NCBI GenBank assembly: GCA_965198225.1
Contig: CBDAOY010000008.1
Location: 608,001 to 672,000, forward strand
Direction of reading: 5' to 3'
DNA: 64,000 nt
Source of the DNA: Terriglobia bacterium
GTDB taxonomy: Bacteria > Acidobacteriota > Terriglobia > 20CM-2-55-15
Shown: piece after piece, positions 48,614 through 59,334 of the stretch
Position numbering within the stretch: position 1 is the first letter of the stretch
How the letters are laid out: each line of letters starts with the position of its first letter
Notes under the pieces: model-generated
The model's input: the letters and a program-made list of their open reading frames with translations, nothing else
What the model was told of the DNA's origin: nothing
The model's database searches: none
Position numbers and translations under genes: made by a program

Positions 48614-49129
48614 TCAGTTGAACTTGATGCCATAGGGCGGATCTAGGTAGATGCACTGGACCTTGCCGCGCAGGCCCTCGCGCTCGGCCAGACTGGCCAT
48701 GCTCTGGAGGGAGTCGCCGAGGATCATGCGATTGGACCAGTTCTGGTCGTGCTGGTAAAACTCGGTCCTATCCGCGCCCTCGGGAATGCCGTTGAAGTCA
48801 GCAAAGAGGTCAGCCTGGAAACTCGAGTCTTGTGACGTGGCGTTTTTAGTTTGTTTTAGAAGGTCATCGACCAGTACCTTCGGATGAACCTTTTCCTGAA
48901 TGTAGAGCGGCGAAGCGTAGACAACGAGATCACTCCAGTCTTGTTCATCCTTTCCACCCCAAACGAGCTGGGGATCGAGATCGGTGTTGCGGGGATACTT
49001 CACCGGTCGTGGATTGGCATCGTCTGGTCGGAGCACGGACTGATGTTCAGCGGAGGGGATGTTCCTCCGCTTGGCTTCGTCGTGCGTGATCGTTTCGACG
49101 GCCTTGCGAGTATTGCGCTTCTTGGCCAT
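48614..49129 (-). pseudogene. mod: Type III-like RM DNA methyltransferase, N-terminal fragment
   Basis: LDPQLVW.GKDE and WSNRMILGDSL; ends immediately after catalytic DPPYGIKFN, with the SAM-binding part missing. Confidence 0.85.
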
Positions 49130-49740
49130 AGCTAACTGCCCTCAGTCACCGGTCGTACGGTCACGGTGGAGACCATCTTGTCGAACTTACCTCCGACCTT
49201 CGCGGCAAAGTCGCTCTCGATCTCGTAAACCTCGATGAACTCAGCGAAGGCCCAGCGTCCATACGTCTTGAGATTATTCACGCCGGGCACCCAGTAGGTA
49301 TCCATCGTCAACTTCTTTTCCTTCGCGTCCTCGCGCCGGTAGCCCTTGATCTCGACGACGAGGTGCAGCAGGTCGTCGGGGCCGGAGCCGTCGTCCACCA
49401 AGACGATGAAGTCGGGCAGATACTTCCGGACCTCGGAGCCGTAGCGATAAGGAACTTCAAGACCCAAATTGTGGTTCTTCGTGTAGGCCACGACCTTCGG
49501 ATGCGACTCGGCGACGCGGCAGAACTCGGCTTCCCAGCCGCTGTCGAGCACCACCCAGTTGATGTGATTCTTGGGCGGCGGACCACTGGTGTCCCAGCGG
49601 TCCGCTCGGGAGGTGTTGAATCTGACGTGGGCCGTGGAGCCAGTGGAATTGTAGGGGTCAAGCAGCGCCTTGATGGGGCGGTGGTCTGCCAGCGCGTTGG
49701 TAATGCCGGCAGTGATGCGGTTGCATGCGATGTCGGCTAG

Positions 49741-51277
49741 GAGTCTGCGCGGCAGAAGGACCGGAATTGGGCGGATAAAGATCGAAGATATGTCATGGCA
49801 CGAACCTATCGGACTTATAGCCCAGAACAAACACTGCTGATGCCACCGTCGTTGAGAGATTGGTTGGCCGAAGATCACCTGTCGTACTTCATATCGGACG
49901 CGGTGGACGCGATGGATTTGAGCGCGTTCGAACAGCGGTATGGAACCGAGGGTCCGGGCAATCAGGCGTTTGATCCGCGGATGATGGTGAAGGTGCTGAT
50001 TTATGGGTACGCGACCGGAGTGTTCTCGTCCAGGAAGATCGCGGCGAAGTTGACCGACGACGTAGCGTTCCGGATGTTGGGAGCGGAGAACTTTCCGGCG
50101 CACCGAACGATCTCGGATTTTCGCAAACTGCATCTTGAGGAGTTCGGAAACCTGTTTGTGCAAGTGGTGATGATGGCGCGGGAAGCGGGACTGGTGAAGA
50201 TGGGAACCGTGGCGGTGGACGGGACCAAGATGCGGGCGAATGCAAGCAAACGCAAAGCGATGAGCTACGAACGCATGAAAAAGCAGGAGACCGAATTGGG
50301 TGAACAGATTCGGGATCTGTTGAACCGGGCCGAGGCGACCGATGAGGACGAAGACGAGCGATACGGCAAGGACCGGCGCGGAGACGAACTGCCCGACGGG
50401 TTGGCCACGCGCAAGAAGCGCCTGGCCACGATACAGGCGGCCATGAAGCGGCTCGAAGAACGTCAGATGGCCGCGGACAAGGAAGCGGGACGGAACACCA
50501 AAGATCACAAACCCGGATGCGGAAAGAAGCCATTCAAACGTCCCATGGGGGAACCTAAACCCACGGCCCAGGACAACTTCACCGACCCGGAAAGCCGGAT
50601 GATGAAGACCTCCACCGAAGGGTTCCAGCAATGCTACAACGCGCAAGCGGTGGTGGATTCCCAGGCCCGGATCATCGTGGCAACAACGGTGACTGACAAT
50701 GCATCGGATGTGGGGCAGTTGGAACCCACGCTGGATGCGTTGAGCGACAATCTGGGGGAGCGTCCCGACCGCGTGCTGGCCGATGCGGGATATCGATCCG
50801 AGTCAAATCTGGGGATGTTGGAACAACGTCAGATTGACGGGTATGTTGCGATGGGTCGCGAGAAGGATCTCGCCCGTGCCCCACTCCCACCCAAAGACAC
50901 CGCTGTTGGTCGGATGATGAGAAAGATGAAAACCAAGCGTGGGCGTGACCGCTACCGGGCCCGAAAGCACATTGGTGAGCCGCCCTTCGGGTGGATCAAG
51001 TCGGTGCTCGGATTCCGACAGTTCAGTCTACGCGGTTTGGACAAAGTGACCGGGGAGTGGAATCTGGTCACTCTGGCGGTGAACTTACGACGGATGAACG
51101 GGAAGATCGAATGGGCATAATCCGGAAAACCGCAACCCGGCAGACCCGATACACGGCCAATTACGGGTGTCCGTACAACTCTGAACTCGTCGTATCGGAA
51201 GAATCGGTCGATTCTCCTCCGAAGACCCTCTCAAATCCCAATCAGTCCGAGTTCTTTGCGCTCTGCCGCGCAGACTC
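49741..51277 (+). mobile_element. IS1182-family insertion sequence
   Basis: Perfect 16-bp IRs GAGTCTGCGCGGCAGA / TCTGCCGCGCAGACTC; CTAG target duplication at 49737-49740 and 51278-51281. Confidence 0.93.
49795..51120 (+). CDS. IS1182-family transposase
   Basis: LMPPSLRDWL, YGYATGVFSSRKI, VAVDGTK, NFTDPESR, LADAGY and GFRQFSLRG. Confidence 0.92.
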   Translation: MARTYRTYSPEQTLLMPPSLRDWLAEDHLSYFISDAVDAMDLSAFEQRYGTEGPGNQAFDPRMMVKVLIYGYATGVFSSRKIAAKLTDDVAFRMLGAENFPAHRTISDFRKLHLEEFGNLFVQVVMMAREAGLVKMGTVAVDGTKMRANASKRKAMSYERMKKQETELGEQIRDLLNRAEATDEDEDERYGKDRRGDELPDGLATRKKRLATIQAAMKRLEERQMAADKEAGRNTKDHKPGCGKKPFKRPMGEPKPTAQDNFTDPESRMMKTSTEGFQQCYNAQAVVDSQARIIVATTVTDNASDVGQLEPTLDALSDNLGERPDRVLADAGYRSESNLGMLEQRQIDGYVAMGREKDLARAPLPPKDTAVGRMMRKMKTKRGRDRYRARKHIGEPPFGWIKSVLGFRQFSLRGLDKVTGEWNLVTLAVNLRRMNGKIEWA

Positions 51278-53917
51278 CTAGCTCCTGATACATCAACTGG
51301 GCGGGATACGTGCCGCCCTTGCAAACGAGACACGTGTCGAGCCACTGCTTTGTGATGCGTTTGAGTTGGCCGAACAAATAGAGCTTCGGTTCTTCCCCCG
51401 GATCGCGCCATTTCGTGTAGAGCAGGCGCTGGGTGACGTGGAAGAGCAGCGTGGACGGTCGCATGTCACCTAGATGCTCCAAGTTCAGGTCCACGCCTTC
51501 ACCGATGATGCCTTCATTGCGCGTGATGGATGGGCCGACCAGATCGGGGCTGAGTTCGAGAATGGAATCGCTGTTGAAGGTGGCCGTGAGGCGCTCCTCG
51601 GGCAGTTCGACACGGTAGCTATCGACACGCGGAAACTGGATTTCGAGGCCGTCTCGTTCCGGGCGCATGGCTTTGACCTGAACCGTCTCACGCGGCGGCT
51701 GTGGGGGGGCGATGACGGGCTTGGCCGTGAAGTCGAAGGGAATGCCGAAAATGTCGGCATATTCGACGTTGAAGAGATTTTCGTCATTGAGGTCGTAGGA
51801 TTGGCGGCGCAGCGCGCGTCCGATGACCTGTTCGCAGAGGAGTTGGGTGCCGAAAGCGCGGATGCCGAGGACGTGGGTGACGGTGTTCGCATCCCAGCCT
51901 TCCGTCAGCATGGATACGGAGACGACACAACGGATGGCACCTCCGAGTTTTCCATGCTTGCCTACGGTGTTCATGGCCTCACGCAGCAACTCCTGATCGC
52001 TGATGTTATCCCCCGCACGGGCATCCCCGGTGCGTTCGATGATCTCGCGGCGGAAACGTGCAATCTCATCGGCGGCCATGCCACGAAACTTGTCGTCGAG
52101 AGCGTCGCCGGCTTCCAGTTGTTCACTGTCGATCAGCAACGTATTCGGACGCGCGAGCGGATTCCCCGTGGTTTCATCGAAATTGCGGAAGAGGGCCAGG
52201 CGACCGTTTTCCAGTGTGGTGGTCCCGTCTTCGTTCTTGCGTTGAAAACCGGAGATGAAATCATAGACCAGCTTCGAGATGGCGGTGTTCTGGCAGACGA
52301 TGATGAAGCAGGGTGGCACACGAATGCCCTCTTCCCTCCACAGATTGAAGGTCTTCTCGTAGTGCCCGTAGAGCGCCTCAAGCGCGGTTTTCAGTTTGGT
52401 AGGCAGTTCGAGGGGATCAAGCTCTCCGCCTTGGCCGCGCCCCTTCTTTGGCATCTCCTTGCGGATGTTCTCCCAGAGGTCGCGATAGATGGGCATTTCA
52501 TCGCCGGGAATGTTCTGGGCGACCGGGACGCGAGGCAGTTTCACGATGCCGCACTCGATGGCGTCCATCAGCGAGAAGTCACTCATCGTCCACGGGAAGA
52601 GCGTGCCCTCGGCATAGCCGGATCCGCGCAGGAAGAAGGGTGTGGCGGACAGGTCGATCACACGAGAGTAGCCGAGCTTGCGATTCACGGCTTCGAGACC
52701 CGAAACCCAGAGTCGGGCCGCTTCGTTGTTCTTTTCGGCCTCCTTTCTGTCGTCGCCCTTCAGATGCACATCGTCCGGCTCCGGTGGCTTCTCGCGGTAA
52801 CAATGGTGCGCCTCATCGTTGATCACGAGGATGTTCCTGATGCCCATCAGGTTAGGCATGACACGCTGGAGCACCTGACCTTCGGTTTCAGTAGTGTTCA
52901 GTTCGGCACCGGTTCGGCCCTTGAGCAACGCGCGACCTCCGGCAGACAGCTCGATGCGCTCACGTAATTTGAAGGCGTGATAGTTGGTGATGACGATTTT
53001 GGCGCGGTTTACGTCGTCGAGGAGGTCGTGCGGCACGAGTTCGCGGCTGGCGTAGTAACTGTCCGGGTCGTTCGGTTGGAGGACGCGGAGTCGATCCTTG
53101 ATGGTCAGGCCGGGGGTGACGACCAGGAAGCCTCGGGTGAAGTGTTTGCTGGCGGGATGGCGGATCGCATTGACCGTTTGCCAGGCAATCAGCATGGCCA
53201 TGACCGTTGTCTTGCCGGACCCGGTGGCTAACTTCAGCGCGAGGCGCATCAATTCGGGATTGGCGTCCTTGTTGGCTCTGGCCAAGTGATCTATTAATCG
53301 TTTGCCGGCCTTGAAGTGCGGTGCGACCTCGGTCAGCCAAATCGCGGTTTCGACGGCTTCCACCTGACAGAAGAACGGGCGAGTGCTGCCAAACGAGTGG
53401 TGCCGCCAGTGCTGGAGCAGGCGCGCAGTCTCCGGGCTGACCTGCCACTGGGCGGCGTTGGGCAAGGCCCGCCACATATCCACTTGATGGCGCACTTCAT
53501 TGATGATGGAGGTCGGATCGTATTGCTGCTCTTTGGTGGAGAGGCCCTTCCCCTCGTCGAAAACAAAGGCCTCTTGAGTAGCCTTTTTGCGTTTCTTCGG
53601 CTTTGGGATAGGCGTGATGAACTTTGCAGGGCGACGGGATTCGATTGTCTGCTGTGTTGGTTGTCCCTCCTTGTCCAGCTCCCAGTGCCGGGCTGGACAA
53701 TCGTAAGGTGAGTTCAGAATGGGATGGTCGAAGAATGGGTTGGCCATTTTCTAATGCATACTCGCAGGTTTCCCGCGCAAGGATATTAATTCAGTTCAGT
53801 CTTCCATGAGCGAGGGGCTTGCCTCGCTGGGGTTGGCAGCGTACCCGGCCCTTCTTCGGCGGCCAGCCAGCGCTGTGTATATGAGGCACTCCAGGTCGCG
53901 CTCAGAGGTGTCACTAC

Positions 53918-54352
53918 TTATGCCTGCCTTCCTTGCTCGGCGAAGGGATTGATCACGCGCAGGCCTTCGTAGTTCTGCTGGTCGTTCAAATCCTCGGAGT
54001 ATACTACATCGCAGCCGCAGGCTCGCGCGGCGGCGAGAATCGCCCCATCCCAGTACGACAGCCTGAAACGCTCGCTGATCGACACCCCGGCGCGAAACAC
54101 GTTGACGGTGACCGGCTGCACACGAAACATCAGAACCGGCTCGAGGAATCCCAGAGCTTCGGGATGCGACAACCTGCCAGGGCGGGTGGAACGCGTCGCC
54201 TGGTGATAGAACTCCTGCAGTACTTGCACCGACACCGCAAGCTCAGGCTCCTCCAAGAGTTCCAGGGCACGGCTGCGCTTGCGGGCATCCTCCGACACCA
54301 GGCTCGCCGCGTACAAAAGCACGTTGGTGTCCACGAAGCGCATGGCCGTCAC
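53918..54352 (-). CDS. vapC: PIN-domain toxin
   Basis: FVDTNVLLYA, SVQVLQEF, SYWDGAILAAA and YSEDL...VINPF. Confidence 0.9.
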   Translation of the reverse strand: MTAMRFVDTNVLLYAASLVSEDARKRSRALELLEEPELAVSVQVLQEFYHQATRSTRPGRLSHPEALGFLEPVLMFRVQPVTVNVFRAGVSISERFRLSYWDGAILAAARACGCDVVYSEDLNDQQNYEGLRVINPFAEQGRQA

Positions 54353-54678
54353 TTCGAAGTGCTGCCCCGATGCTCCTTCTCATCTACCGCGGCTTCGGTC
54401 CGAGCGACATCACGGTCGTATAGTGCTTCCCGTGACAGATTGTCTGCCATACACAACCCCACGCCCCGCGCCTCGAAGTCCGCGATTACCTCCCGCAGCA
54501 GCCGACGACGTCGTTCGATCTCCGTCTCCGGACGTAGGCGGTCGGCGGATTCACCGACGAGACTTCTGAGAAAATCGCGCACCAGAGCCGACACCGAGGT
54601 GTCCAACTCCGCCGCTCGGATGCGGGAGCACCGATAGGTGTCTTCGTCAACAGATATTGTGATGTTCCTCATTGACAC
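54349..54678 (-). CDS. RHH-type antitoxin
   Basis: MRNITISVD...RIRAAELDTSVSALVRDFL and LSREALYDR; 4-nt overlap with vapC. Confidence 0.82.
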   Translation of the reverse strand: MSMRNITISVDEDTYRCSRIRAAELDTSVSALVRDFLRSLVGESADRLRPETEIERRRRLLREVIADFEARGVGLCMADNLSREALYDRDVARTEAAVDEKEHRGSTSK

Positions 54679-54682
54679 AGCC

Positions 54683-54724
54683 TCACAGCATCAGCGTATC
54701 ACAGCATCAGCGTATCACAGCATC
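54683..54724. repeat. 16-bp tandem direct repeat (2.6 copies) upstream of the antitoxin
   Basis: TCACAGCATCAGCGTA x2 followed by TCACAGCATC. Confidence 0.8.
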
Positions 54725-54742
54725 TGACCACGGTTCTATTAG

Positions 54743-56478
54743 CCCGCATAGATCACCGATGGGACCAGAAAAGGCCGCCCTGTTTGGCATAAAGCGTTTG
54801 TGAAGAACGACTTCAAAGCCAAACGGAGGCGGCCCTTATGAGGACAGAGCGTAACCAAGCCACATTCGAATTTCACGGACTATTTCAACGCAAAGTGAAG
54901 GCGCGGTTCGACGGCGGGAAGATCACCTCCGATGCGGGGGTGCTGCTATTGCGCGAGGTCGAGAGGCGGACGGGTCTGATCGCCGGACTGACCGCGTGTT
55001 TCAGCGATCACCGGGATCCGCGGTGGATCGAACACACGGTGGAGGAGCTGCTGAGGCAGCGCATCTACGGACTCTGTCTGGGGTACGAGGACCTGAACGA
55101 TCACGACCAACTGCGCACCGATCCGATGCTGGCGGTGGCGGTGGATAAAGCCGATCCGTTGGGGGAGAGGCGGTGGCAGGCCTCAGATCGGGGGAAGGCG
55201 TTGGCGGGCAAGTGCACGCTGAACCGGTTGGAGTTGACCGGGGTCGAGGTCGACGAGAAGGAGCGCTACAAGAAGATCGCCATGGATGCGGACCGGATCG
55301 ACGGCTGGATGGTGGATGCCTTCCTGGCGACCCACGAATCGGCGCCCGAGGAGATTGTGCTGGATCTGGATGCGACCGACGATCCGATTCATGGCCATCA
55401 GGAAGGCCGGTTCTTTCACGGCCACTACGGCAATTACTGTTATCTCCCGCTCTACATCTTCTCGGGGGAGCATTTGTTATGCGCCCGGTTGCGGCGCTCC
55501 AATATCGATGGGGCGGACGGATCGGTGGAGGAACTGAAACGGATCGTCGGCCAGATTCGGCAGAGCTGGCCGGAGGCGTCCATCATCATCCGGGCCGACT
55601 CGGGCTTTTGCCGGGATGCGATCCTGAGTTGGTGCGAGGCCCACTAGGTCGACTACGTGGTGGGTCTGGCCAAGAACGATCGGCTCAAGGAAGAGATCGC
55701 TTCACAGATGAGTCAGGCCGAAGCCGAGTTCCACGCCACCGGGATGTCGGCGCGGGTGTTCAAGGATTTCCGGTACCAGACGCGCGACAGTTGGACCTCG
55801 GAGCGACGCGTCATCGGCAAGGCCGAGTTCCTGGAGAAAGGCGCCAATCCCCGATTCGTCGTCACCTCCCTGTCGCCGGAACGCCTGGGAGCACGTGCCC
55901 TCTATGAAGACTTTTACTGTGCGCGGGGCGACATGGAGAACCGGATAAAAGAACAGCAGTTGGATCTGTTCGCCGACCGGACCAGCGCTCGAACGATGCG
56001 CGCCAATCAACTCCGGCTGTATCTGTCCTCGGCCGCCTACATGCTCATGCACGCGTTGCGTCGTCTCGGACTCAAGCAGACCCCCCTGGCCCGAGCTCAG
56101 TGTCAGACGATTCGATTGAAGCTCCTGAAGATCGGCGCCCAGGTTCGCCTCACGGTCCGCCACGTCTGGATCTCCATGTCGGAAGCCTATCCCTACAGCG
56201 AGATCTTCGCCTCCGTTGTGCGCAACCTCCAAGCCATTCCTCTGCGCTGCTGAGGACCGTCCCGATCGACCACCCCCAAAACGAAATCGTTCGATCGCTC
56301 AGGCCGAGGTCTGCCTGAATGCGTCCCGTCACGCTCTTCCGAACCCGAAAAACGACCCATTCACGGCCGTTCACACCACCGAATCACTCGACCCGTACCG
56401 AATCGACATCGAAACTCTCAGAAAACCGTTCCGGCCTGCTAAAATCACCTTCATTTCCGAACCGGTGACCTATGCGGG
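54743..56478 (+). mobile_element. IS1380-family insertion sequence
   Basis: IRs CCCGCATAGATCACCG / CGGTGACCTATGCGGG; flanks TTAG and CTAG. Confidence 0.88.
54838..56253 (+). pseudogene. IS1380 transposase with one in-frame TAG (55645-55647)
   Basis: FDGGKITSDAG, GYEDLNDHD, LDLDATDDPIHGHQEG, RADSGF, then stop, then VDYVVGLAKN and YCARGDMENRIKE in the same frame. Confidence 0.9.
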
Positions 56479-56623
56479 CTAGGGCCGCATCATCAATTTC
56501 TGGCATTGTATCTGCCAGATACGGAACATGGGTGCAGTTAAACAAAGGCACCAAATCCGTCATAGCGATCACGGTTAACATTTGTTGCCTCTAGCGTTTG
56601 CGCCGAAATTCATACTCCCAGTT

Positions 56624-56743
56624 TCAACCCACCTCGAGCTGACGGATTTTGGGCACCTCCAAACCGACCGAATCTTGCAGCTTCTCGGCCTCGAAATCGT
56701 ACTCGCCCTGCAGGTTGATGTGCTGCCAGGCAACGATCGATCC
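56624..56743 (-). pseudogene. C-terminal relic of a Tn3-family transposase
   Basis: Manual translation GSIVAWQHINLQGEYDFEAEKLQDSVGLEVPKI matches the W.HIN..G.Y.F tail of Tn3-family TnpA. Confidence 0.6.
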
Positions 56744-57061
56744 GGAGGCGACTCGAGGGCTTCCTTCTCGTTCGCAGTTCGAATGCTCATCCGTGCCATT
56801 TCATGTCTCCCTACCCACCCGAGCACGCACCAGGCGGGATCCTGTTTCGGCAGTCTGAGGGTGACAAATAGGGTTTCCAGAGATTTCTGCTGACACTGAG
56901 TGCGAAAAACCGGGCTTTCAGCAGCTCGAGATTACTGCCAACTAGACCATACCCTACTTGGCAGCCCCGCTCCTGCTTTCAGCCCCCGCCCTGAGGCCAT
57001 AGATAGCCCCGCAATGGGGCCCGATTTCTGTGACGGATTTGGTACCTTTGTTTAATTGCAC

Positions 57062-58284
57062 GGTGGTCTCAACCGATCGACGCAACACTTTATCTTAAAA
57101 GGAAAAGGTGGAGTGTATGCGGAAAGGGATGCGATTCGGTTTCACTGCGGCGGAGAAGGCGGAGTTATGGGATCGGTGGCGGCGAGGGGAATCTCTGCAT
57201 GAGATCGGGCGAGCGTTTGGCAAGCTGTCATCGTCTATTCATTGTCAACTGGCGCATACCGGAGGCATTCGTCCTCAACCACGACGACGGTCGAGGTTGG
57301 CTTTGAGTCTGTCGGAGCGTGAGGAGATCTCGCGAGGGACTGTGGCCAGGCAATCGATACGAACGATAGCCCGGTCGCTGGGGCGCTCACCGTCGACAGT
57401 GAGCCGGGAAATTCGTCGGAATGGCGGCTATGATGATTATCGTGCGTCCCGAGCCGATACGCAGGCCTGGGAACGGGCCCGTCGCCCGAAACGATGTCGA
57501 CTGGGTCGCGATCCACGGTTAGGGCGAGCGGTGGCGAGGAAGCTCCGGCGGAATTGGTCGCCCGAGCAGATCGCCGGCTGGTTGAAGCGAGCGTATCCGG
57601 AGGATGAGTCCTATCACGTGTCTCACGAAACGATCTACCGGAGCCTATTTGTTCAGACCCGCGGAGTGTTGAAGAAAGAGCTACTTAGGCATCTGCGGTC
57701 GAAACGAAGGATTCGTCGATCCCGACATTCCAGTCGTAAAGGTCACGGAAAAGGGGATCTCGCCGATATCGTATCGATTCGTGAGCGCCCGGCCGCAGTC
57801 GAAGATCGTGCCGTTCCCGGTCACTGGGAGGGAGATCTGATAGCGGGATCGAAGAACACCTACATTGCGACCCTGGTCGAACGCCATACCCGTTACGTGA
57901 TGTTGGCGAGAGTCTCCGATAGGCAGACGCAAACCGTCGTGCCGGCACTGATCAAGCAGGCCAGGAAACTACCGACGGAGCTGTATAAATCCTTGACCTG
58001 GGATCGAGGCAAGGAAATGGGAGATCATCGGCGGTTTAGCCTGGCGACCGATATCGATGTCTACTTCTGCGATCCTCAAAGTCCATGGCAACGGGGTTCC
58101 AATGAAAACACGAATGGCCTGCTCCGACAGTACTTCCCCAAGGGAACCGACTTATCGGTGCACTCGCAAAGGCATCTGAACAAGGTGGCACGTGAGCTCA
58201 ATGAACGGCCGCGTAAGACGCTAGAGTTTGAAACTCCAGCAGAACGATTTAACGTTTGTGTTGCATCGACCGGTTGAGGCGGCA
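57062..58284 (+). mobile_element. IS30-family insertion sequence
   Basis: Imperfect IRs CTCAACCGATCGACGCAACAC / GTGTTGCATCGACCGGTTGAG; exact ends uncertain by a few bp. Confidence 0.85.
57108..58277 (+). CDS. IS30-family transposase
   Basis: EREEISRG, WSPEQIAG, SHETIY, GHWEGDL, LTWDRGKE and PWQRGSNENTNGLLRQYFPKG. Confidence 0.93.
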   Translation: MECMRKGMRFGFTAAEKAELWDRWRRGESLHEIGRAFGKLSSSIHCQLAHTGGIRPQPRRRSRLALSLSEREEISRGTVARQSIRTIARSLGRSPSTVSREIRRNGGYDDYRASRADTQAWERARRPKRCRLGRDPRLGRAVARKLRRNWSPEQIAGWLKRAYPEDESYHVSHETIYRSLFVQTRGVLKKELLRHLRSKRRIRRSRHSSRKGHGKGDLADIVSIRERPAAVEDRAVPGHWEGDLIAGSKNTYIATLVERHTRYVMLARVSDRQTQTVVPALIKQARKLPTELYKSLTWDRGKEMGDHRRFSLATDIDVYFCDPQSPWQRGSNENTNGLLRQYFPKGTDLSVHSQRHLNKVARELNERPRKTLEFETPAERFNVCVASTG

Positions 58285-58381
58285 ACCCAAAGTAGAGGAG
58301 ACGAAAGCGTGCGCCGGATTACAGCGAATCGGGTCTCCAACGGCGAATACACATCTGCGAAGAAATGAGGTGAGTGCTGAT

Positions 58382-59143
58382 ATGTTCGGCTGGTTTCGAA
58401 ATAAGCGGCGCGCAAGGATCCGGGCGAGTCCGTTTCCCCTGGCCTGGAGTTCGGTGCTTGAAGCGCTCCCGATCTACTCGCGGCTTCCCGAAGAGGATCG
58501 CGACGAGCTGGGCGGGCACATCCAGATCTTCCTCGGAGAAAAGCGCTTTGAAGGCTGCGCAGGTCTGGATCTCGACGATCGCATACGAGTCACGATCGCC
58601 GCCTATGCCTCGGTCCTTCTGCTACACCGGAATACCGACTACTACCCGCAGCTGGAAAGCATTCTCGTTTACCCGCACGCCTACCAAGCGCCAAGCGAAC
58701 GCCACCTGGGAGACTACCTGGTCGAAGAAGGCACAGAAGTGCGCGAAGGCGAGTCCTGGTACCGGGGCGCCATGGTTCTCTCCTGGAAGGACGCCCGGCG
58801 TGGTGCGGATGACCCTGCGGACGGAGAAAACGTCGTATTCCACGAGTTCGCTCACCAACTCGACGACGAATCCGGCGCGGGGGACGGCACCCCGGTTCTG
58901 GAAAGCCGTGACAAGTGGCGGGGATGGGTGCGGGTATTCGAGCACGAATACGGAGAACTTCAGAACGCCGCCGGCCTGGGGCGCCCGAGTGTACTCGACC
59001 CTTACGGAGCCGAGAGCCCTTCGGAGTTCTTTGCGGTGGCGACCGAATGCTTCTTCGAACGTCCCCGCGAATTACGTCGCCGTCACCGGGAACTCTACGA
59101 CCAACTTCGAGGTTTCTACAGGCAGGATCCAGCCGAGTGGTAG
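58382..59143 (+). CDS. MtfA-like zinc-dependent peptidase (M90)
   Basis: EKRFEGC.GL, ILVYP, GESW, VLSW, NVVFHEFAHQLD, YGAESPSEFFAVATECFFERP and FYRQDP. Confidence 0.88.
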   Translation: MFGWFRNKRRARIRASPFPLAWSSVLEALPIYSRLPEEDRDELGGHIQIFLGEKRFEGCAGLDLDDRIRVTIAAYASVLLLHRNTDYYPQLESILVYPHAYQAPSERHLGDYLVEEGTEVREGESWYRGAMVLSWKDARRGADDPADGENVVFHEFAHQLDDESGAGDGTPVLESRDKWRGWVRVFEHEYGELQNAAGLGRPSVLDPYGAESPSEFFAVATECFFERPRELRRRHRELYDQLRGFYRQDPAEW

Positions 59144-59334
59144 TGCGTCGACCGACGGATACGACATGTGTCGGACCCCGCTTCGTAACCCGCTGTTGCC
59201 CCTCCTGCGTGGATAAACGCTTTACGCTAGGATTCGAGCGTCGCCTCCTGTCCAACGTCAATCACAATTCCCGCTCTGAGTTGAGAGTTTCGTTCGCCGT
59301 CCCGCCTGCGGCGTTGTCCACAGGAGCGTCGCCA

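Larger units (their letters stand above)
49132..53747 (-). pseudogene. res: Type III-like restriction endonuclease (SF2 helicase + nuclease) interrupted by IS1182
   Basis: KLATGSGKT, DEAHH, SATP and MLTEGWD in 51281-53747; YLPDF...VEIKG in 49132-49736. Removing the IS and one CTAG restores MYQELADIACNR. Confidence 0.9.

Noticed and set aside
49132-50646. 504-aa minus-strand ORF as a real gene
   Set aside because: It is the antisense of the IS1182 transposase running into the orphaned 3' end of res.
55645-55647. Pyrrolysine or programmed readthrough of the in-frame TAG in the IS1380 transposase
   Set aside because: No pyl genes are in the window and TAG is used as a normal stop by other genes here; a single nonsense mutation (e.g. 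CAG to TAG) or a sequencing error is simpler.
56624-56743. HigA antitoxin remnant (INLQGEYD motif)
   Set aside because: The wider context AWQHINLQGEYDF..EKLQDS fits the Tn3-family transposase C-terminus better, and there is no HTH upstream.
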